A stretch of DNA of 4,116 nt from a virus (taxonomy: Duplodnaviria; Heunggongvirae; Uroviricota; Caudoviricetes): the IMG/VR virus record IMGVR_UViG_2675903409_000013; one strand, given 5' to 3'. How positions within the stretch are numbered: position 1 is the stretch's first letter; the number at the start of each line of letters is the position of its first letter. The position numbers and the translations under genes are program-made. The notes under the pieces were generated by a model. It made no database searches. It saw nothing but the letters and a program-made list of their open reading frames with translations, and was not told the origin of the DNA. Below are positions 1-4,116 of this stretch, piece by piece.

Positions 1-345
1 ACGGTCAGTACAGCGTTATTCTGTTGGTGGAAGGATTCCCGCCGTCACATGCCGGGACCATCACTGTGTATGAAGATTCCCGACCCGGTACGCTGAATGA
101 TTTTCTCGGTGCCATGACGGAGGATGATGCCCGTCCTGAGGCACTGCGCCGTTTTGAACTGATGGTGGAAGAGGTGGCGCGTAACGCGTCCGCGGTGGCA
201 CAGAACACGGCAGCCGCGAAGAAGTCAGCCAGTGATGCCGGCACATCTGCCCGTGAGGCGGCAACCCATGCGACTGATGCTGCAGGCTCAGCGCGTGCAG
301 CCAGCACGTCAGCCGGACAGGCCGCGACTTCGGCTCAGGAGGCGT
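1..345 (+). CDS. stf: Side tail fibre protein (Stf family), N-proximal fragment; 5' partial (open from window start), 3' end interrupted by N-run
   Basis: Frame 3 (codons from nt 3) is open with no stop from nt 3 to 345. Translation GQYSVILLVEGFPPSHAGTITVYEDSRPGTLNDFLGAMTEDDARPEALRRFELMVEEVARNASAVAQNTAAAKKSASDAGTSAREAATHATDAAGSARAASTSAGQAATSAQEA resembles the region around residue 55 onward of phage lambda Stf as I recall it. The ORF-track entry 24..608 is this frame with an arbitrary TTG start; its stop at 606-608 is an artefact of reading through the gap. Confidence 0.8.
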
Positions 346-595
346 NNNNNNNNNNNNNNNNNNNNNNNNNNNNNNNNNNNNNNNNNNNNNNNNNNNNNNN
401 NNNNNNNNNNNNNNNNNNNNNNNNNNNNNNNNNNNNNNNNNNNNNNNNNNNNNNNNNNNNNNNNNNNNNNNNNNNNNNNNNNNNNNNNNNNNNNNNNNNN
501 NNNNNNNNNNNNNNNNNNNNNNNNNNNNNNNNNNNNNNNNNNNNNNNNNNNNNNNNNNNNNNNNNNNNNNNNNNNNNNNNNNNNNNNNNNNNNNN
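346..595. other. Assembly/scaffold gap (run of 250 N)
   Basis: Uninterrupted N characters. Flanks are near-identical overlapping sequence (105-345 vs 596-836), and the reading frame differs across the run (frame 3 before, frame 2 after), so the N length is not a true distance. Confidence 0.95.
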
Positions 596-836
596 CTCGG
601 TGCCATGACGGAGGATGATGCCCGTCCTGAGGCACTGCGCCGTTTTGAACTGATGGTGGAAGAGGTGGCGCGTAACGCGTCCGCGGTGGCACAGAACACG
701 GCAGCCGCGAAGAAGTCAGCCAGCGATGCCAGCACATCAGCCCGTGAGGCGGCAACCCATGCGACTGATGCTGCAGGCTCAGCACGCGCAGCCAGCACGT
801 CAGCCGGACAGGCCGCGTCGTCGGCTCAGTCAGCAT
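596..836 (+). repeat. Near-identical second copy of 105-345 (segmental duplication or contig-end overlap across gap 1)
   Basis: Direct comparison: about 7 substitutions over the first ~233 bp (e.g. agTgatgccGgcacatcTgcc vs agCgatgccAgcacatcAgcc); the last ~8 bp of block A diverge. Both copies encode LGAMTEDDARPEALRRFELMVEEVARNAS... Confidence 0.9.
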
Positions 837-2049
837 CTTCCAGCGCAGGAACGGCATCAACAAAGGCCAGTGAAGCATCGAAAAGTGCTGCTGCTGCAGA
901 GTCCTCAAAAAGCGCGGCGGCCACCAGTGCCGGTGCGGCGAAAACGTCAGAAACGAATGCTTCAGCGTCACAACAATCAGCAGCCACATCTGCATCCACC
1001 GCGACCACGAAGGCATCAGAAGCTGCGACCTCGGCCCGGGATGCGGCGGCCTCAAAAGAAGCGGCAAAATCATCAGAAACGAACGCATCATCAAGCGCCA
1101 GTAGTGCAGCTTCCTCGGCAACGGCGGCAGGAAATTCCGCGAAGGCGGCAAAAACGTCCGAGACGAACGCCAGGTCTTCTGAAACGGCAGCGGGACAGAG
1201 CGCCTCGGCTGCGGCAGGCTCAAAAACAGCGGCTGCGTCGTCTGCCAGTGCAGCGTCAACAAGTGCCGGGCAGGCCTCAGCCAGTGCCACCGCCGCCGGA
1301 AAATCGGCAGAAAGCGCCGCATCATCCGCTTCAACAGCCACAACGAAGGCTGGCGAAGCCACTGAACAGGCCAGCGCAGCAGCGAGGTCTGCTTCCGCAG
1401 CGAAGACATCCGAAACGAACGCGAAAGCGTCGGAAACAAGCGCAGAATCCTCAAAAACGGCTGCCGCATCGTCAGCCAGTTCGGCGGCGTCATCGGCATC
1501 ATCGGCGTCTGCTTCAAAAGATGAGGCGACCAGACAAGCGTCAGCAGCGAAGAGCAGCGCCACGACGGCATCCACGAAGGCGACAGAGGCTGCTGGCAGT
1601 GCGACGGCGGCAGCTCAGAGCAAAAGTACGGCGGAATCCGCGGCAACGCGCGCCGAGACAGCAGCAAAACGGGCAGAGGATATTGCATCCGCCGTGGCGC
1701 TTGAGGATGCGAGCACGACGAAAAAGGGGATAGTACAGCTCAGCAGTGCGACCAACAGCACTTCCGAGTCACTGGCGGCAACGCCAAAGGCAGTAAAAGC
1801 AGCCTATGACAATGCAGAGAAACGTCTGCAGAAAGACCAGAACGGTGCTGATATCCCCGACAAGGGCCGCTTCCTGAATAACATTAATGTTTACAGCAAA
1901 GGTGAAGTGGATAAGAAAAAGGGGATGCGAAAATACACTTTCTCTGCTCCTGCAAATGCAGTAAGCGGTAAGTGGTATCCTATAGTCTTTCGCCGATCTG
2001 GAGGCGGTACCGATGAATTAGCCTCACGAGTTGTGATAACTACTTATTC
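596..2049 (+). CDS. stf: Side tail fibre protein (Stf family), shaft region plus start of an alternative distal domain; interrupted at both ends by N-runs
   Basis: Frame 2 (codons at 596, 599, ...) has no stop from 596 to 2049. Translation begins LGAMTEDDARPEALRRFELMVEEVARNAS (same as block A), continues through about 336 aa of Ala/Ser/Thr-rich heptad-periodic sequence, then [30 protein letters not shown] (conserved phage tail-fibre repeat), then NAEKRLQKDQNGADIPDKGRFLNNINVYSKGEVDKKKGMRKYTFSAPANAVSGKWYPIVFRRSGGGTDELASRVVITTYS. This frame is absent from the ORF track, presumably because it has no in-window stop. Confidence 0.8.
689..1696 (+). repeat. Heptad-periodic (21-nt period) Ala/Ser/Thr-rich coding repeat array, 48 heptads, consensus x-(S/T)-S-A-x-x-A
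   Basis: Hand translation of frame 2: every 7th codon from 707 to 1673 is a GCN Ala codon (47 consecutive heptads). The position 3 residues earlier is mostly Ala (otherwise E/K) and the one before that mostly Ser. Nucleotide sub-repeats of the form AAAACGTC(A/C)GA(A/G)ACGAA(C/T)GC recur at 938, 1064, 1148 and 1400, spaced by multiples of 42 nt. Confidence 0.75.
1724..1810 (+). repeat. Single conserved phage tail-fibre repeat unit ([29 protein letters not shown]) in block B
   Basis: Translation in frame 2. The motif is the conserved tail-fibre repeat shared among lambdoid/P2/T-even tail fibre proteins (Pfam 'phage tail fibre repeat' family, from memory). Confidence 0.75.
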
Positions 2050-2320
2050 NNNNNNNNNNNNNNNNNNNNNNNNNNNNNNNNNNNNNNNNNNNNNNNNNNN
2101 NNNNNNNNNNNNNNNNNNNNNNNNNNNNNNNNNNNNNNNNNNNNNNNNNNNNNNNNNNNNNNNNNNNNNNNNNNNNNNNNNNNNNNNNNNNNNNNNNNNN
2201 NNNNNNNNNNNNNNNNNNNNNNNNNNNNNNNNNNNNNNNNNNNNNNNNNNNNNNNNNNNNNNNNNNNNNNNNNNNNNNNNNNNNNNNNNNNNNNNNNNNN
2301 NNNNNNNNNNNNNNNNNNNN
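2050..2320. other. Assembly/scaffold gap (run of 271 N)
   Basis: Uninterrupted N characters. Sequence right after the gap (2321-2606) is a near-identical copy of 1487-1772 located before it, so the contig ends overlap rather than abut. Confidence 0.95.
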
Positions 2321-2606
2321 GCGTCATCGGCATCATCTGCGTCTGCTTCAAAAGATGAGGCGACCAGACAGGCGTCAGCAGCGAGGGGCAGCGCCACGAC
2401 GGCATCCACGAAGGCGACAGAGGCTGCTGGCAGTGCGGCAGCGGCAGCACAGAGCAAAAGTACGGCGGAATCCGCGGCAACGCGCGCCGAGACAGCAGCA
2501 AAACGGGCAGAGGATATTGCATCCGCCGTGGCGCTTGAGGATGCGAGCACGACGAAAAAGGGGATAGTACAGCTCAGCAGTGCGACCAACAGCACTTCCG
2601 AGTCAC
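2321..2606 (+). repeat. Near-identical second copy of 1487-1772 (segmental duplication or contig-end overlap across gap 2)
   Basis: Direct comparison: 7 substitutions in 286 bp (e.g. catcGgcg/catcTgcg, gaAgAgc/gaGgGgc, gcgAcGgcg/gcgGcAgcg, gcTcag/gcAcag), same reading frame (offset 834 = 3 x 278). The copies diverge right after gagtcac (ctg at 1772 vs cag at 2606). Confidence 0.9.
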
Positions 2607-4116
2607 AGGCGGCAACGCCAAAAGCCGTTAAGGCCGCGTATGACCTGGCTAACGGGAAATACACCGCACAGGATGCAACGACAGCACAGAAAGGGATAGT
2701 TCAGCTCAGCAGTGCGACTAACAGCACTTCCGAGTCACAGGCGGCAACGCCAAAAGCCGTTAAGGCCGCGTATGACCTGGCTAACGGGAAATACACCGCA
2801 CAGGACGCTACGACAGCACAAAAAGGAATTGTCCAGCTCAGTAGTGCAACCAACAGCACATCTGAAACGCTTGCTGCGACACCGAAAGCAGTGAAAGCAG
2901 CTAATGACAATGCGAATGGTCGGGTACCTTCTGCCCGTAAGGTGAATGGTAAGGCGCTTTCAGCGGATATAACACTGACGCCGAAAGATATTGGTACGCT
3001 TAACTCAACAACAATGTCATTCAGCGGTGGTGCTGGTTGGTTCAAATTAGCAACGGTAACCATGCCACAGGCGAGTTCTGTTGTTTCAATTACGTTGATT
3101 GGTGGCGCTGGATTTAACGTGGGGTCACCTCAACAGGCAGGTATATCTGAACTTGTTTTACGTGCAGGTAATGGTAATCCGAAGGGGATTACTGGTGCTT
3201 TATGGCAGCGCACATTGACAGGGTTTACAAATTTTGCCTGGGTTAATACATCTGGTGATACTTACGATATTTACGTTGCAATCGGAAATTATGCGACTGG
3301 TGTAAATATTCAATGGGATTATACCAGTAATGCCAGCGTGACGATTCATACGTCACCAGCATATTCTGCTAATAAGCCGGAAGGGTTAACGGACGGTACA
3401 GTTTATTCACTCTATACGCCATCAGAGCAGTTTTATCCGCCTGGCGCACCAATCCCGTGGCCATCAGATACCGTTCCGTCTGGCTATGCCCTGATGCAGG
3501 GGCAGGCTTTTGACAAATCTGCATACCCGAAACTTGCAGCGGCTTATCCGTCAGGCGTGATCCCTGATATGCGTGGCTGGACGATTAAGGGCAAACCTGC
3601 CAGTGGTCGGGCCGTATTGTCTCAGGAACAGGACGGCATTAAATCGCATACCCACAGCGCCAGCGCATCCAGTACGGATTTGGGGACGAAAACCACATCG
3701 TCGTTTGATTACGGCACTAAATCCACGAATAACACTGGTGCGCATACCCATAGTTTAAGTGGCAGCACGAATGCAGCTGGTAATCACAGCCATAGAGATG
3801 GCCGTCGATTTAACCCCAGTGTTTTTAAAGATACTTATCAATATGGTTATACAAGCTCAGGTCAAAATACCTGGGGTGTACAAGGCTCAGTAGGTATGTC
3901 TACGGGGTGGTTAGCGAATACCAGTACAGATGGTAATCATAGCCACTCACTGTCCGGCACAGCAGCATCTGCAGGTGCACACGCGCATACTGTCGGTATT
4001 GGTGCTCATACGCACTCCGTTGCGATTGGTTCACATGGACATACCATCACCGTTAACGCTGCGGGTAACGCGGAAAACACCGTCAAAAACATCGCATTTA
4101 ACTATATTGTGAGGCT
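2321..4116 (+). CDS. stf: Side tail fibre protein (Stf family), distal shaft and C-terminal receptor-binding/tip region; 3' partial (runs off window end)
   Basis: Frame 2 is open from 2321 to 4116. Translation contains three tandem [25 protein letters not shown] units, then [80 protein letters not shown] ... [62 protein letters not shown]. This closely matches my recollection of the lambda Stf C-terminus, which ends ...FNYIVRLA, so the stop is expected 1-2 codons past the window. Confidence 0.85.
2558..2953 (+). repeat. Three tandem 132-bp (44-codon) tail-fibre repeat units: 2558-2689, 2690-2821, 2822-~2953 (third diverged)
   Basis: Units 1 and 2 both encode [44 protein letters not shown] and differ at 6 nucleotide positions, all synonymous third positions (aag/aaa, gta/gtt, acc/act, gat/gac, gca/gct, cag/caa). 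Unit 3 encodes [44 protein letters not shown]... with heavily recoded codons. Confidence 0.85.
3644..4045 (+). other. His-rich distal tip with seven H-x-H motifs (SHTHS, GAHTHS, GNHSHR, GNHSHS, GAHAHT, GAHTHS, GSHGHT); putative metal-binding needle-like region
   Basis: Motifs read directly from the frame-2 translation at about 3647-3655, 3743-3751, 3785-3793, 3938-3946, 3980-3988, 4007-4015 and 4034-4042. Similar H-x-H repeats in the T4 gp37 distal tip coordinate iron ions in the published crystal structure (from memory). Confidence 0.6.

Noticed and set aside
24-608. ORF-track start at 24 and stop at 608 as real gene boundaries
   Set aside because: The frame is open from nt 3, so the gene starts upstream of the window; nt 24 is a TTG picked by the ORF finder. 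The stop at 606-608 is reached only by reading frame 3 through the N-run into block B, where the true frame is frame 2.
309-1688. Long minus-strand ORFs in the track (309..1688, 826..1575, 61..798, 5..307, 2040..2522, 2044..2664)
   Set aside because: They are antisense to a GCN/TCN-rich, strictly periodic coding region, which suppresses stop codons in other frames. Their products are low-complexity (P/L/R/W-rich or A/D/F-rich) with no recognisable domains, and several read through N-runs. The + strand frame gives a recognisable tail-fibre protein throughout.
689-1696. CRISPR array or non-coding satellite, suggested by the 21/42-nt periodicity
   Set aside because: The periodicity is degenerate and in-frame, there are no exact direct repeats with unique spacers, and it translates into a coherent heptad-repeat protein.
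726-1733. + strand Arg/Pro/Gln-rich ORFs (726..1733, 232..618, 2355..2567)
   Set aside because: These are the +1 frame of the fibre gene; the extreme Arg/Gln/Pro content is what GCN/AGC-rich sequence gives when read out of frame. No independent support.
1772-2606. Invertible host-range segment (Pin/Gin/Cin-type shufflon) swapping distal domains
   Set aside because: Both alternative distal segments are in the same orientation on the + strand, there are no inverted repeats at the junctions and no recombinase gene in the window. Contig mis-joining of paralogues explains the pattern more simply.
2558-2953. Diversity-generating retroelement (template/variable repeat pair) acting on the fibre
   Set aside because: Differences between repeat copies are not adenine-specific (they include t/c, g/a, t/a, a/g), the repeats are not at the extreme C-terminal lectin-like position, and no reverse transcriptase is in the window.
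2701-3063. Small ORFs in the distal region (2701..3063 minus; 2712..2894, 3573..3758, 3930..4112 plus; 3551..3751 minus)
   Set aside because: All lie fully inside the continuous frame-2 tail-fibre coding sequence, in other frames or on the other strand, with no recognisable features.
1-4116. Promoters, terminators, RBS or RNA genes
   Set aside because: The whole window is internal coding sequence of one gene family. No intergenic space, start codon or stop codon falls within it, so no regulatory call can be supported.

Overview
The entire window is + strand coding sequence for a lambdoid-prophage side tail fibre protein of the Stf family (phage lambda Stf / E. coli StfR-like), recognised from memory of that family and not database-verified. 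Two N-runs (346-595, 2050-2320) split it into three blocks. Block A (1-345, frame 3) is an N-proximal fragment whose start lies upstream of the window. Block B (596-2049, frame 2) repeats the last ~240 bp of A, runs through a long Ala/Ser/Thr-rich shaft and one conserved tail-fibre repeat, then enters an unrecognised, AT-richer distal domain cut off by gap 2. Block C (2321-4116, frame 2) repeats ~286 bp of B's shaft, then carries three tandem 132-bp tail-fibre repeat units and a lambda-Stf-like His-rich distal tip, running off the 3' end about one codon before the expected stop. The block edges are near-identical overlaps with a few substitutions, so the N-runs most likely mark scaffold joins between at least two stf variants sharing a shaft but differing in distal domain, not real intervening sequence. 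The ORF track misses the true frame because it has no in-window stop; the minus-strand and Arg-rich + strand ORFs are artefacts of GCN/TCN-rich periodic coding sequence. I find no RNA genes, CRISPR array, transposase, promoter or terminator, and no evidence of a novel defence or other system; the points of interest are structural and evolutionary features of the tail fibre.
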